Assembly (NCBI RefSeq): GCF_009914755.1
Contig: NC_060933.1
Reading direction: 5' to 3' (one strand)
Length of the DNA: 64,000 nucleotides
Source of the DNA: the human T2T-CHM13v2.0 reference genome, Homo sapiens
The first letter of the stretch is position 1; each line of letters begins with the position of its first letter. The translations under genes were made by a program, and so were the position numbers. This document shows, in pieces, positions 38,446-53,650 of the stretch. The notes under the pieces are model-generated. The model searched no databases. It was not told the DNA's origin and saw only the letters and a list, made by a program, of their open reading frames with translations.

Positions 38446-39329
38446 CACCTGACCTCGGGTCTCTTTTGTAATGCCTCTGTCTTCTAGGCATCTCCACCTA
38501 GTGCTCCTCCAGGGACCTGGGCACAGGAGGCCAGCACATGTCCTGCCCCCACAAAGCTGCTCCTGATCCTGTGTTCTCAGCTGCATCTCTCAGTTTTCCC
38601 AGGTCCTGAGGTCACCTGCAGTGGTTCCCTCTCCCATTCCCATCATCAATCAATCACTGTATCCAGGTCATGATAACTTCTCTCCGTCTCCTTCCATGTT
38701 CAACTCACTACCATCTCTTTCTCTAGAACCACATTAACAGGTCTTCCAACCCTAAAGCTTGCTCCCCCTACAGCCCACCACACTATATAGCCAGAGCAAG
38801 TTCTCCAGCACGATGGTCTGACTGGGGCAACATCCTTCTCCTCCAGGACAAAGCCCAATGTCCCCAGCCCTCCACCACCTGGTACCAACCCACCCTTCTA
38901 GGCTGCCTTCCCCCTCTCTTGCAGCCTAGTCTCTTCCCTCCAATCACACTGCCTACTAATGATCTACCAGTTTCTCCCCACGTGAACCATCCTCTTCCAT
39001 CCCTTTGCATGCACATTGTCTTCTGCTTAGAATACCTTTTCCTCATCTCTATCTAATAAATTTTTCTTCACCCTAAAAAAATCTATTCAAATATCAGCTC
39101 CTGTGATGGCTTTTTCAATGTCACAGGCAGAGGTAGCTGCTTCTTCCTCTATTCTCTCACAGTAGAATGTAAAAAGCATTTGTTAGGAGCCACATCACAA
39201 TGCACCAGAATTATCCATTTACAGTATTTGTCTCACCCATTAGAAGATAAATGCCTTGAATTCAAACTCTGAGTGCTCACATGCTTAAGAATGTGCCCAA
39301 GAATAGGGTAGGCAACACTAAGTATTTGT

Positions 39330-39460
39330 TGGAAGGAAGAGAGAGACAGAGAGAGGAAAGGAGAGAGGAAAAGAGAAAAAGGAAGGAGGGAAGAAAAAAG
39401 AGGAAGGGAGGGAAGGAGGGAGGAAGGAAAGAAAATAAGGGAAAAAAGGGGGAAAGGAAA
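39330..39460. repeat. GA-rich purine low-complexity tract
   Basis: Almost pure G/A (ggaaggagggaagaaaaaagaggaaggg...). Confidence 0.85.
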
Positions 39461-41254
39461 TGCATGAATAGATGTACAGAAGAGTTTTATCTGCTCATTT
39501 GGTTTCCCAGACTTACTGCTGAAGAAATGAGTGCTTTCAGTAGAATGGGTCAGGAAATCCTACTTGCTTCCTCAGTTTTCCCAAAGAGATCCATCTCCAG
39601 AAGACCAAATAAAATACGTTCTGGAGATTATATAAATTCAAATAAGCACAGGTTTTGAAGACTGGAAATTGTACAAGACTTCATTTTACAATTGTACAGA
39701 CTTCTTTGTTCTTACATTCTATCAATATGAGCCCAAAAGCATTCACAGTGCAGACAGCATCATCCACCATCTTGGAAACTGAAGCTATATGATGGTTTTG
39801 CAAGTATCTTACAATGCAAAATTATGGGGGCAGGCCTGTCATGTGTTAATGTGTGCTAAACTTTGGATAGTTTGCAATAAAATTTCCTATGACTATTACT
39901 TATTGAATCCTTGCATTTTATGTTGGCCTTCTCATATAACCTTCGGCATGGCAATGGTGTTACTTTGTTCTGGGCTCCTAGAAAACATCCATCACTTGAG
40001 TTATGGAGAGAACAAATATCTACAAAGCACCTGCTCTTGGCAGACAGTGTTTCAATCATCTCATGAAGAAATCAAGGATCTGGGAAGCTGGGATCACACA
40101 GCCAGTGGTGACAGGGCCAGAACTGGAACCCAGGTCGCCAGAGTTCTCCCGTATTTTACCAATACCATGAGCTCCTAAAAGCACTTAAATTTCCAACATT
40201 AAGTCCTGTGTGTCTAACTCAGCATAAAACAAATCCTATCTAGAGCACGTGGTCTTTATCTCTGGCTAGTCAAGGATTTTATCTCAGATTGCCTTTTGGC
40301 ATCTGTGCCCAGCATAGTGTCTTGCACATGACAAATGCTAAGTGAACTCCCATTGTTGGCTAGGAGATGAAAGTAGAGGGCCTTGGACTGGGAACTGGAA
40401 GACCTAAGTCACATGCAGTACTATCCACTAACTAGCTTTGAGTTTTAGCTGAACACTTATTCTCTCTGTTTCATGGATTCCAAATCTGTGTTTGGACTCA
40501 GTCTTAAGTAACATATCCAGATAGTCTTTGTTTAATCAACATATTGAGCATGTACTGTGTGCCTAAATGTACCACGTGCTTTTTATACTTCGACTCACTG
40601 ATTCCCACACAAGATTGCAGGATTCCTTCTACCTGGAAGGGAAACCTCTTTGAGATCAATTGTTTTTTGTTTGCTTTGTATAAGCTTGAATTATTTTCAA
40701 GTGTGACTGTTTTATCTCTGTGATGGTTTTGCAAGTATCTTACAATGCAAAATTGTGGGGGCAGGCCTGTCCATGTGTTAATTCATGCCAAACTTTGGAT
40801 AGTTTGCACTAAAATTTCCTATGACTATTACTTACTGAATCCTTGCATTTTATGTTGGAATAAAAAAATCTGGGAATGGGCAAAAAATATCTATAAATTA
40901 CTTGGTCTTCAGGGATACCTAAATGTAATGTGAAAAAATGAAATTGCACCTGAAATGTGCTGTAATTCCATTGTATTTTGGTCTTTTATGGCTAGTTCAT
41001 GTGGAGCCCAGCTCAGTCACAGCATAGGATTGCTGTAGTGTCATGGGCATTACTTTTTCGGAGTGGAAGTTTGCATGTTTCATGTCTTGGGCCAATCTTG
41101 TGAATAGTAAAAATGAGAAAGTAGACCCCTTATTTTTTGAGGTATGTACCTGATGGCCTCTAAGAAACTGGAGGGTAATATAGTCAACGATGGCTCCGGT
41201 AAAAAGGAAAATATAACGCAAAAGGAAATTGATTAAAACAATGAGTTTCTACCT

Positions 41255-41852
41255 TGTACATTGCTGGTGGGAATGTAAAATGGTGCTGCACCTATGGACA
41301 TCAGTTTGATGGACGCTAAACTTAGAATTACCATATTACCCAGTAGTTCCATTCCTAGGTATATACCAAAGGAATGGAAAATAGACACTCAAACAGATAC
41401 TTGTATGCCAACATTCATTGCAGCATTATTCACAGTAGACAAATGATAGAAACAATCCAAGTGTCCATCAACAAATAAATGGACAAACAACATGTGATAT
41501 ACACATAAATGTATATAGGTATATAATGTGATACACTTATATAATGGAATATTATTCCGCTATAAAAAAGACAAACATATAAATCCACTTACATGAAATA
41601 GCTAGAATAGGCAAATTCATAGAGACAGAAAGTAGATGAGAGGTTACCAGGGGCTGAGGGAAGGGAGGAATAGGAAGTTATTGCTTAATGGTACATAGTT
41701 TCTGTTTGGGTGGATAAAAACATTTGGGAAACAGATAATGGTGATGGCTGTACAACATTGCAAATGTAACTAATGCCACTGAATTGTACACTGAAAATTG
41801 TTTAAATGGCAAATTTCGTGTTATGTATATTTTACCACAATTTAAAATAAAA
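41255..41852 (+). mobile_element. L1MA/MB 3' end
   Basis: cattgctggtgggaatgtaaaatggtg...gcattattcacagtag...aatgccactgaattgtacac. Confidence 0.88.
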
Positions 41853-42132
41853 TTTGGGAACAGAGAACAGAACTAAAGAAACCCAAATATATATCTGTGG
41901 GCTGACTGGAAAAGGTTTGGGATTCTTGATTTATTTCACAGTTAAACTGCTCATGCTTTGTAATATGTTCATAGAATATAAATAACATTAGTGATTATAG
42001 AGTATCAATTTCTGTCCCATTAAAGCACTAAAGACTTTCTTTCCAGCTCAGAAGAAGGAGGAGGAGGGGTGAGAGGGGAAAGGTAATGAGGTTCCTGTGG
42101 AGAAAACTAGGGGAGACTTTGGAACAAAACCT

Positions 42133-42262
42133 TGAGCATCAGTATTTATCTATATTCAACCATTGACTGTCATCTTTATTAGGCATTTGGAGATTCCTGA
42201 GCATGAGTATTTATCTATATCCAACCATTGATTGTCATCTTTATTAGGCATTTGGAGATTCC
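42133..42262. repeat. Two-copy 65-bp tandem duplication
   Basis: 42133-42197 and 42198-42262 differ at 3 positions. Confidence 0.95.
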
Positions 42263-42579
42263 ATCTGTGGTATTGAAAATGTACACTCCACATCTGGACT
42301 TTAGCCCAAGGGCAAACGGTAGCAATTGCCTGCCCCACGGAATGTGGCCTTTGTGAAAATTAGCACTATAGGGGTGCTCAGTAGAGGAGTTGAAATTTAG
42401 AATTCAAGGAATTAGGGCAGGTGGTTTCTCTTCCCTCCCAGCATACAAACCCCTATTTATTGTTCTGGTCAGAACTTTGCTCTTGATCCTCCAGAGTACA
42501 CCAAAATACAATGGAAACAAAGGAGTTTGTCTCCCTCAGGTAGCCAAGTGGTGAGAAAATTTAAATTTAGAAGACATGG

Positions 42580-42954
<375 letters not shown>

Positions 42955-43615
42955 CTAGAACAATGAGACCATTCACAGTGGTCAAAGGATGCTGCTCCCG
43001 GGACTGGCAAAGAGGGAGCTGGTATTGGGATAATTTACACTTTCTGTTGCTTTGTATACAGAACTACAGCAGTTCAGAGGATCATTATCCTAATGTTATT
43101 CACCCATGATGGTAGAAAAGTAGTAAGAAAGAAGGAAAAAATGCAACGTTCGGGGTGGGGGTGGGAAGGAAAAGAAAAAACAAGGATAGATGAAAAAAGT
43201 TACAACCAAGTTATTTTAATAGGGAGATAAAATATGTAAAAGGACACTTAGGGAAAGTGTGGGGAATACTGAATGTAAAATATTGATCAACAGGAATCTA
43301 TGATTTAGGAGAGTGGAAAAGTATTAAGGTGGCTAGAAACAAACAGTAGTTGGTAAATTCAGGAGAAAATCTGCAGATCAGTCAGATCTTGGAAGGGAGA
43401 AAGATGAAACAAGGAGAAAAAGCAAGCAGAACTGTGGAATCGTTACATTTTTTAAGTCTCAAGAGGGAAGCCCACTTGGGAGAGACAGAAATCTCCATCA
43501 AAGCCAAGTACTAATATATCACTCCCTAGTGCCCTAAAAATAGAAAACCTACTTTATGGTAATGACATTATAATGGGTAAAAGACATATAGAAATGAAGA
43601 CACTGTGCATGTGAG

Positions 43616-44430
<815 letters not shown>

Positions 44431-45519
44431 AGAGGAACCACTCATGGTGTAGTTACCACCATCTATATAAAGGTCTGGAGAGAAGTTTGGGAGGGACTGT
44501 GCCACAGAAAAAAATGATATACAAAGAAAGACTATGACTTGTGGCCAACTTGAGCCTCCAGACTAGGGAAAGGTTTCCCTTCCAAATCCTGTCAATCTAT
44601 TGTCCCTCCCCCTAGCTGTAGTCAGAGTCTGTTTTGAATCATAAGTTATGTGGTTGTACATCCAGGTTGCCTAAGCAGGTGACTCATCACCATCACTGCC
44701 GGAAGCAAATCCCAAATCCTTCTCAGTCAAGTCTGGAAAAAGACAAATACTCATCCTCCCAGGACTCCATGTAGGGAAAAAGTAGGGAAACCCGCTGCTT
44801 AGATTATTCCCCTGCCCTTGCTGTCTTTCCAGAGGGTTGGGCCCATCCAGAGATGGGGAGTGGACCAGGAGTCAACAGTAGGTTTAATTGCTAGACCCTT
44901 TCTAAAGATGAAGAATCTAAAGCACAGAGAGATTAAGTAACTTGTTCACAATCAGCTGTCTAGTAAGCTGAGAAAAATAAAATTTGAATTCAGGTCCATC
45001 TGACCTCCCCGCCCCCACCCCGCCCGAAAGCTTTGTTGTTTATTCAACAAGTATTTAAATGTTTACTATGGGTCTGCCTTTATATTGGATTATAAGACTC
45101 TAAATGTTTTTATATGACTTCAATTTAAAGGAGACACTGGCATGTATTCAGACAATTAGATATAGCAGCATAGGTGTTTACAGATCAGAAAGCCTGGTAA
45201 TAACAACAAACCCTGCCTTGTTAGCCAGGAAGGTTTTCCATAGAAATGGACATCTAAACTGAATCATTAGATTAGACAGAAATTATCCAGGTAAAGAGGT
45301 TAATAAAGTCATTCCAAGGAGAGGAAACAGCTTGGACAAAGGCAAATATTTAAGAGAAATCACAGAGTACATGAGAAACCACCAGGAATGGGTGAGTCTG
45401 GAGAGTATGGAGAACTGGGGGCTATAATTTTTCAATTGTCCAGATTCAAACAAAACAATCTCCATTTTTCAGACAACAAAACACAAGAACACTCTATGTC
45501 ACTCACAAGCAACAGTGTA

Positions 45520-45900
45520 TGAGAGTCAAGGAAAGCCTGAGTTTGGCTGCAGTAACAAACAAGGGTTCATTTCTCCCATGCACTACGTGTTTGCTACCGG
45601 TTAGCTGTAGCTCTGCTCCACCTTGTCTCCCCTCCAGGTCCCAGGCTGATGGAGCAGCCTCTGTCTATTTGGGACATTGTCAGTCACAATAGCAAAGATG
45701 AGGGAAGACCAAACCACATGCTGGCTCCTACAGTTTCTGCTTAGAAGTGGGGCATGTCACTTCTCTCCATTTTTCTTTGGTGAGAGGAAGTCATGTGACC
45801 AAGTCTGATTAAAACCAGGGCAGAGCAGGGAGGAGCAGCAAATATGCATGGGTTACGATGGCACCTACCACAGTGAGCCAGAATTTGGGGATGCACTGAA
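45520..45900 (-). mobile_element. Old MaLR LTR (MLT1J/K-like)
   Basis: gctgcagtaacaaac...ccaggctgatggagcagcctc...aagtcatgtgaccaagtctga. Confidence 0.6.
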
Positions 45901-46724
45901 AGTCTGCACTTCATGTAACCACCAAAGCTCACACAGGATTTGATTTTTTTGGTTCCCGGAGGCATGAAATCATCAAAGGGAGGGAAAAGTTGAGTCCATG
46001 ACATGGCATCAGCTGGACCATGGCTGTGCAAGCAGCATCCCTCCCAGGGTCTCTTCATAATAAACGAATAATAAACATTCTACTAAAATCTTTAAACGGA
46101 TAGAGGAGTTTAATTATAATAATTTAATTTCAGAAGCAAAAGCTGCTTTTATACAATTACACTGAGGCAACTTTTAATTAACTTTGGAAACTTTCTTTTG
46201 CTTAGAAAATCTAATTAAAAATATGGAACTATTAACATCACACAAGATTCAGGAGGGGGCAGAAATAATATTGGGAAGGTATGGAAAAGAGACATAGAAA
46301 AGATGCCTTTAGGGAGTTAGGGTCACCTAAGTTTCCCAAAGCATTCAATAGTTCCTGTCCCTCCCTAAGCTCTTGGAACGCCAAGGAAAGTTTTTGCCAA
46401 CAGTTGCTCTGTGGATTCCTGTAAGCAATGGGATGTGATGAGAGTCCTGCCTTTTCTTTCTTCTGTGTTCAGGACGCACCCATCTCTGATGTAGGGAATA
46501 TGGGGCGGGGAGGGGGATTAGATTTGAGGGTCAGAGGAAATTTCAGAAAGTGAAATGACACTATAAATTAGCCCCTCCTCAGAGGGGACAGCAGGGGAGA
46601 GTCTGCTTACTTTGCAACTTACCTACTCCTAACGTGTGCCCAGGGGATAACAGCATGATCTCAACCACAGTGGTCCACGCTCCAGCAGAATCACCAGGGA
46701 GCTCTTCAGAAATACAACACTGAG

Positions 46725-47054
<330 letters not shown>

Positions 47055-47104
47055 CTAGATCCACTGAGTCTGAACAGGCATTTGTTATTTGTTTGGGAGG
47101 ATAT

Positions 47105-48210
47105 TTTTTAACTTTTAAGTTCAGGGGTACATGTGCAGGTTTGTTATATGGATCAACTCGTGTCACAGTGGTTTTTTGTACAGATCATTTCATCACCCAG
47201 GTATTAAGCCCAGTACCCATTGGTTATTTTTCCTGATCCTCTCCTTCCTCCTACCCTCCACCCTCCCATAGGCCCCAGTGCGTGTTGTTCCCCTCTATGT
47301 ATCCATGTGTTCTCATCATTTAGCTCTCACCTGTAAGTGAGAACATACGGTATTTGGTTTTCTGTTCCTGCATTAGTTTGCTAAGGATAATGGTCTCCAG
47401 CTCCAACTATGTTCCCACAAAGGACATGATCTCATTCCTTTTTATGTCTACATAGTATTCCATGGTGTATATGTACCACATTTTTTTAATCCAATCTATC
47501 ATTAATGGGCATTTAGATTGATTTCATCTCTTTGCTATTGTGAACAGTGCTGCAATGAACATACGCATGCATGTGTCTTTATGGTAGAACAATTTATATT
47601 CCTTTGGGTATATGCCCAGTGATATATATGGTTTGGTTCTGTGTCCCCACCCAAATCTCATGTCAAATTATAATTTCCAGTGTTGGAGATAGGGCCTGGT
47701 GGGAGGTGATTGGATCATGGAGGTGGATTTCTCATGAATGGTTTACCACCATCCCCTTTGTGCTATTCTCACGATCGTGACTGGGTTCTTGTGAGATCTG
47801 GTTATTTAAAAGTGTGTGGCACCTCCCCCCTCACTCTCTCTTGCCCTTGTTTCCCTCTATGTGAGATGCCTCACTCCCACTTTACCTTCCACCATGACTA
47901 TAAGTTTCCTGAGTCCTCTTCAGAAGCTGAGCAGATGCCAGCACCATGCTTCCTGTACAGGCTGCAGAACCATAAGCCAGTTAAACCTCTTTTCCTTATA
48001 AACTACCCAGCCTCAGGTATTTCTTTATAGCAATGCAAGAACAGACTAATACACCCAGTAATGGGATTGCTGTGTCAAATGGTAATTCTGTTTTTAGCTC
48101 TTTGAGGAATCGCCACACTGCTATCCACAATGGTTGAACTAATTTACACTCCCACCAACAGTGTATAAGTGTTCCTTTTTCTCTGGAACCTCACCAGCCT
48201 CTGTTTTTTT
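47105..48210 (-). mobile_element. L1PA (older primate) 3' UTR interrupted by an MST LTR
   Basis: ttcaggggtacatgtgcaggtttgtt...gtgagaacatacggtatttgg...ttgaggaatcgccacactg...ttacactcccaccaacagtgta. Confidence 0.92.
47620..48053 (+). mobile_element. MSTA-like MaLR solo LTR
   Basis: tgatat...ggtttggttctgtgtccccacccaaatctcatg...gactaataca; 5-bp TSD cccag at 47615-47619 and 48054-48058. Confidence 0.92.
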
Positions 48211-48259
48211 GAACTTGATGCCCAGGTGTTGGCTATACACGCTAAAGTCTGAGAAGCCC

Positions 48260-48462
48260 CGGGCGAGGTCACAGTCATCTCCAAGTATGATCTGCCAACA
48301 ACCTGCTTCAGAAGTCCTTGGGGCGTTGTCTAGAAAGCAGATCTCCAGGCCCTACCCCAAGCCTAGTGAAACAGAACCCCTGGAGGTGGGGCTCAGGGAC
48401 CCATATTTCATACAAGATCTCCCAAGAGATTCTGGTATGCACTAGAGTTTGGGACAACTGAC
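48260..48462. mobile_element. MER5-type hAT DNA transposon
   Basis: gcagatctccaggccctacccca...gattctggtatgcactagagtttgggacaactg. Confidence 0.65.
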
Positions 48463-50106
48463 ATCTTCCAAGAAACTCCCTGCTTGAGGTCAGGAAGCCT
48501 GACTGGCTGGGGAGTCCCTCAACTTCTTCTCGGCCTCAGTTTCCACAAGAGAAAAGCACCCATTCTAGGAAGCTTACTGAGTGTCCACTGAGAAAGTGGA
48601 TGGGAACTGCTGTGTAAATGACAGCTGATTATGTAAATCTGAGTGTTCTTTGCTGAAGGTGACATTGTCATCCCAGGCTGGTTCCACTGAAATCAGAGAG
48701 ACATTGGGGGTTAGGAGAGCCATTTGGGGGGTTAGTAGACCAAGATTCTAACCTGAATTCACCACCAACTTACTACAAGGCCTTCAGCAAATTAGACTAC
48801 CCTGTCTGGTCTCAGTTTCTCAACTTTCTCACCACCAAGCAATAAAGTTGTAAAATGTGCAGGATAATCTAACCAAACTTTGAGACCTCCTAGGGCCCTG
48901 GAATCTGTCATTTGCCCTCTAGGTGGAAACCATCTTCCCAGATGAAGACAGAGGCAGAGGGGTCTCTGACAAGAATGGCTTCAAGCCTACTGGGGGGCTT
49001 TAGGAAGAAGGGGCTCTGTCCGCTGCATGTTACAGACATGTGTTTACAAATCAGTCCCTGGCATTCTTGGATTCTTCTGAAACTCTAAAAACAAAACCAA
49101 AAGGAAAACAAACAAAATTGATTCTCAAGTGGCTCAGAATCCCCCAGCCCACCTGGCCTTGTGCTTGCCCACCAAGGATTCCAAATATAACCAGCTGACC
49201 CAGATTCCTGAGCCAAAGGGCCTCCATTGGAGTTGCATAGGGCAGAGCAGTCGGGAGGAACTTTAATGTTACACTGACCCCCTGTGGAAGTCAGAGGCAG
49301 CAGCCGCTGCTCGCACCTCCAGCAGCCCCTCTCCCCTCCCCCCATTCTCCCAACCGAGCACCCCTGACAGCAGCCCCCGACCCTCTGAAGGAGGGCCACC
49401 CACCAGCTGCCGCCTCTGAGGCAGAGACCACTGGCCGAATGCGAATGCATCCTGGGGAACCCCCGCCAAAGTCAGACAGAGGACAAAGAGAGGTGGTAGG
49501 TATGTCCTCCATTCCAGCTCGCTGCCACCCACCAGCGCACCGTCTCCTGCATGGACGTCGCTACCACCTTCTCAGTGGCCTCCCAGCCCCCTCATTCATC
49601 CTCCTTTGGGGCGAGGCCTCTTTCCTGCTCAAATGCCTTCGACAGCTTTCTGTAGCCTAGGGATTAAGTTCAATCCTCGGTCTGGCTTCCAGAGGTCACC
49701 AGGATCTAGTCCCAACCTAACTCTTGAGCCTCCTTGCCCAGGCTCTGAGAGGCCAGGAGCACCCAGTTCTTCTCTCATCCCAGTTTCCCACCTCAGGCTG
49801 CCCCTCTCCCTCCTGACACCTCCCTGCCTGCCCCTGTCTCCTCTTTCCAGTCCCTCCCAGACTTCGAAGCACAGCAGAAATGCTGCCTCCCGGAGACACC
49901 TTCCCTGGTCACTCAAGCTCTTTACAGTAGCAGGAGGTCAGAGGCCAGCTTTGCACCAGCTCCTCCTGCCTCTTGCCAGATGTGCTACAAGTCACTTCCA
50001 CTCTCAGAGCATCAGTTCTCTCAGACGGAGATGGAAATAATAACCCCAGCCCAGCCTAGCTCAGGGGACGGGTACTGAGATGTCACAAGATAATGGAGAG
50101 CTCTGA

Positions 50107-50562
<456 letters not shown>

Positions 50563-53269
50563 TAACTGAGAGTGGCCACTGGAGCCAGTGAACGGCAGGG
50601 TCAGGCCTGGGACCCTGAGGTCCAACTCTGTGTTAGATGCTGGAGACACCAAGATGTCCGCAAAGAGCCCTCCATCAGTGAAGGAGACAGATTCATGAGG
50701 ATTACAATTCAGGTTGATAAGGGCTGGGACAGAGGTAGACAGGCACCTAGCAGGGCCCTGGACCCGGTCTCTGGTGTTAGGAAAGGCTTCTGGAGGAGGT
50801 GATATCTGAACTGGGACCTGAAGGACCAGGGTGTGTTAGCCAAGAGAAGAGCATGAGGATGGGCAGGAGAGCTACAGGTCTCTGCGTGCAATGACCCCAA
50901 TGCGGGGACACCTTAAGAGTGCAGTGTGGCCAGCAACGCAGTGGGGGCCTGATCATGCAAAAGACTCCAAACATGAGCACAGTGGGCCCTCTGCCAGCTT
51001 CTGAAGAAGAAAATGACATGGCCAGATTATTATCTGAGAAGCATTCCTCTGACTTCAAGATGCAGAGCAAATGTGTGACTGGGGACAGGGGGGAGCCAGA
51101 GAGAGTGTGAGGCAGTCATTCCAGCCAACAAATTCCCCATCTTTGGGCTCCGATCAGCAAAGGAAAGCCCCACTTAATGCTGCAAGGGGAAAGGCCTGTA
51201 GAAATAAGGGAACCACAAATACACTCAGATTCACAGGACCCAAGAGGACCTTAAACATGGTCCCTTCCAAATCCAGCTCCCAGCACCTGACTTCTGTCTT
51301 CATCCTTCAGCCTCTGCGTGCCGTCATCCCCGATCAGGGAACTTGTTACCTGCCCAAACAAAGCATTTCCCAAGGAGAAATGTGCCCCAAAGCATATGGG
51401 GATGATGGAGACGTGCTGAAAAAAAAGGCATTCTCTGAACCATGAGCCAAGACACGTGGGAGTCATTAGTGCGCAGAGCCCAGAATGGTGAGCGCATGTC
51501 CCTCACTCGACCTCTGCCCCATTCTGCCTGGTTATGCCACATTCCCCTGAGACCTGCAGGCATGAGATGTCAGTGGGAAGGAAGAATAAAACCCACCAGC
51601 ATGAGGCCCCAGGCCAATGGCCATGGCACTCACAGGTGAGTTGGGCCGGAGGACACAGAATCCTGTCGATGAGAATGAGCTTCCGGAAAGGGGAGGTGGC
51701 ATCAGCATCCTCAAAGGTGAGTTTCAGAAAAGTCCTTCCGATGTGAGGAGGAGGATGAGTGGGAGGAAATAAACCAGCTGTATGACACCAGGGAGTATTT
51801 ACTGTGTACCAGGCCATGCCCTCAACACGTTGCACGTTTATTAGCTCACTTCCTCCTCACCAGAAGCCAATGAAGCAGGTACTTCTATAATCCCCATTTT
51901 CCAGATGAGGAAGCTGAGGCCCAGAGAGTTTAAGGAACTTGCCCAAGGCTACCCAAGAGTAGGTATGCAGAGTGAGTGGACAAGAGCCAGGCCAGCCTCA
52001 AGGAACAGAGCCAGAGCATGTCAGAGCCCCAGGGATGGGGCTGCTTGAGGGGTAGGCGGCTCTACCTCGTGAGGCTGAGCTGGAAAACAGGACCCAGCCA
52101 GAGTTTCCTGCTCTGCCATTCTGCAGCTAGATGAGCTCTGGCAATGAATGTCTCCTCTCAGTTTTCTCAGCTGCAAAATGGGCATGATGAGCCTCATCAG
52201 CCAGACCTCTCATGAGGATGAACAGGAGAAGGAATGCCCAGCCCAGAGTAGGGACCCACGAGGGCTCCTTCACTTCCCTCCCCTGCAGGCAGCCTGCTGA
52301 GCCCCATGGGCACACAACCAAATATCAGGAGCTGGCAGTCAAGAGCAACTCCCCTCCCCTGCCGCGTTTCCTGCCTCACAGCCTCATTCACTGCCCTTAC
52401 CATGGAGGACACCATGGCCAGCATTTAGGAATCGCCCTGGGGTCTCGTTGTGTGAAGTGAAAGCGTGTTGTGGAGGACATTGTTCATCACAGCTGGGAGA
52501 CGCCCCTCTCAGAGATCCAGGAGTGCCTCTCAGCCTCTCCCAGGAACAGCTGTGGCTCCTTTGGGCAACAGCAAACAAGTTGTAGATGCTCCTTTTACTC
52601 TTTGCTTTACCTACTAGGGAGCTCAGAGCCATGTATACACTGTGATCATCCAGCCCTACCAGTTTCCCAGTACCCACTGAAAGGAAACAATGTGGAGGTC
52701 TTTTCTACCAGTGCAGATGGCTTCCCAGCATACATTTTGGGGAACATATACTCCCTTGGGTACATCTTATGTTGCTATACTTGTTTACTCCTAGCCCCAA
52801 TGACCTTATGCTTTTATTCCCCCAAAATAAAAATACACACATGCCATTTGAAATTCCACCCCCTCAAAGGTGAATGTTCATGTCAACATTTTGGTAGACA
52901 TCCTTCTAGATGGGCATAAAATGAAAGTATAATTTTATAAAAACAACATCATATAATTGACTCAACTATATGTCATAGCTTTTCATTTCAATGAATATAA
53001 ATCCACATGACTGCACAGTATTCTATAATATGGATTGCCATCATTTATTTAGCCAGATTCCTGTTTCTATGTACTGTAGGCTCTTTCTCATTTTTGGTCA
53101 TTATAGAGCAAGCAGCCATGGAATTCCCAGTGTGATTATTTCTCCCATTTGTGTGATATTCTTCTTACAAAAAATTCTTAGAAATAGTCTCATGTTTTTA
53201 ATCCGACAGTACTGTTTGCATTTTGTAAGAGAAATATTTATAAAATAAAATGATATTTTTGTCCATTTA

Positions 53270-53650
53270 TCAAAATAATAGAATATTATTTCACCATAAA
53301 AAAGGGATGAAGTACCGATACGTGCTACAACATGGATAAACCTTGAAAACATACTAAGTGAAAGAAGCCAGTCACCAAAGACCATATATTGTATGACTAC
53401 ATTTATATGACATGCTCAGAATAGGCAAATCGAGGGCTACAGTAGAATGGAAGGTTTGAGGATGATGGCTAAAGGGTATCAGGTTTTCTTTTGGGGAGAT
53501 GAAAATATTTGAAAATTGATGGAGGGGTGGTTGCACAATTCTGTGAATCCCATTCAATCGTACCACGGAATTGTACAGCTTAAATGGGTTATTTGAACAG
53601 TATGTGACTTGTATCTCAATGAAGCTGTTATAAAAATAAAGAAAAATAAA
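53270..53650 (+). mobile_element. L1MB 3' end
   Basis: atgaagtaccgatacgtgctacaacatggataaaccttgaaaacatactaagtgaaagaagccagtcacc. Confidence 0.85.

Noticed and set aside
39281-39658. 125-aa Lys/Arg/Glu-rich ORF
   Set aside because: Translation of a GA-rich low-complexity tract.
39789-40178. 129-aa ORF over the duplicated segment
   Set aside because: No recognisable homology, it runs into a MIR-like relic, and the second copy is frameshifted relative to it.
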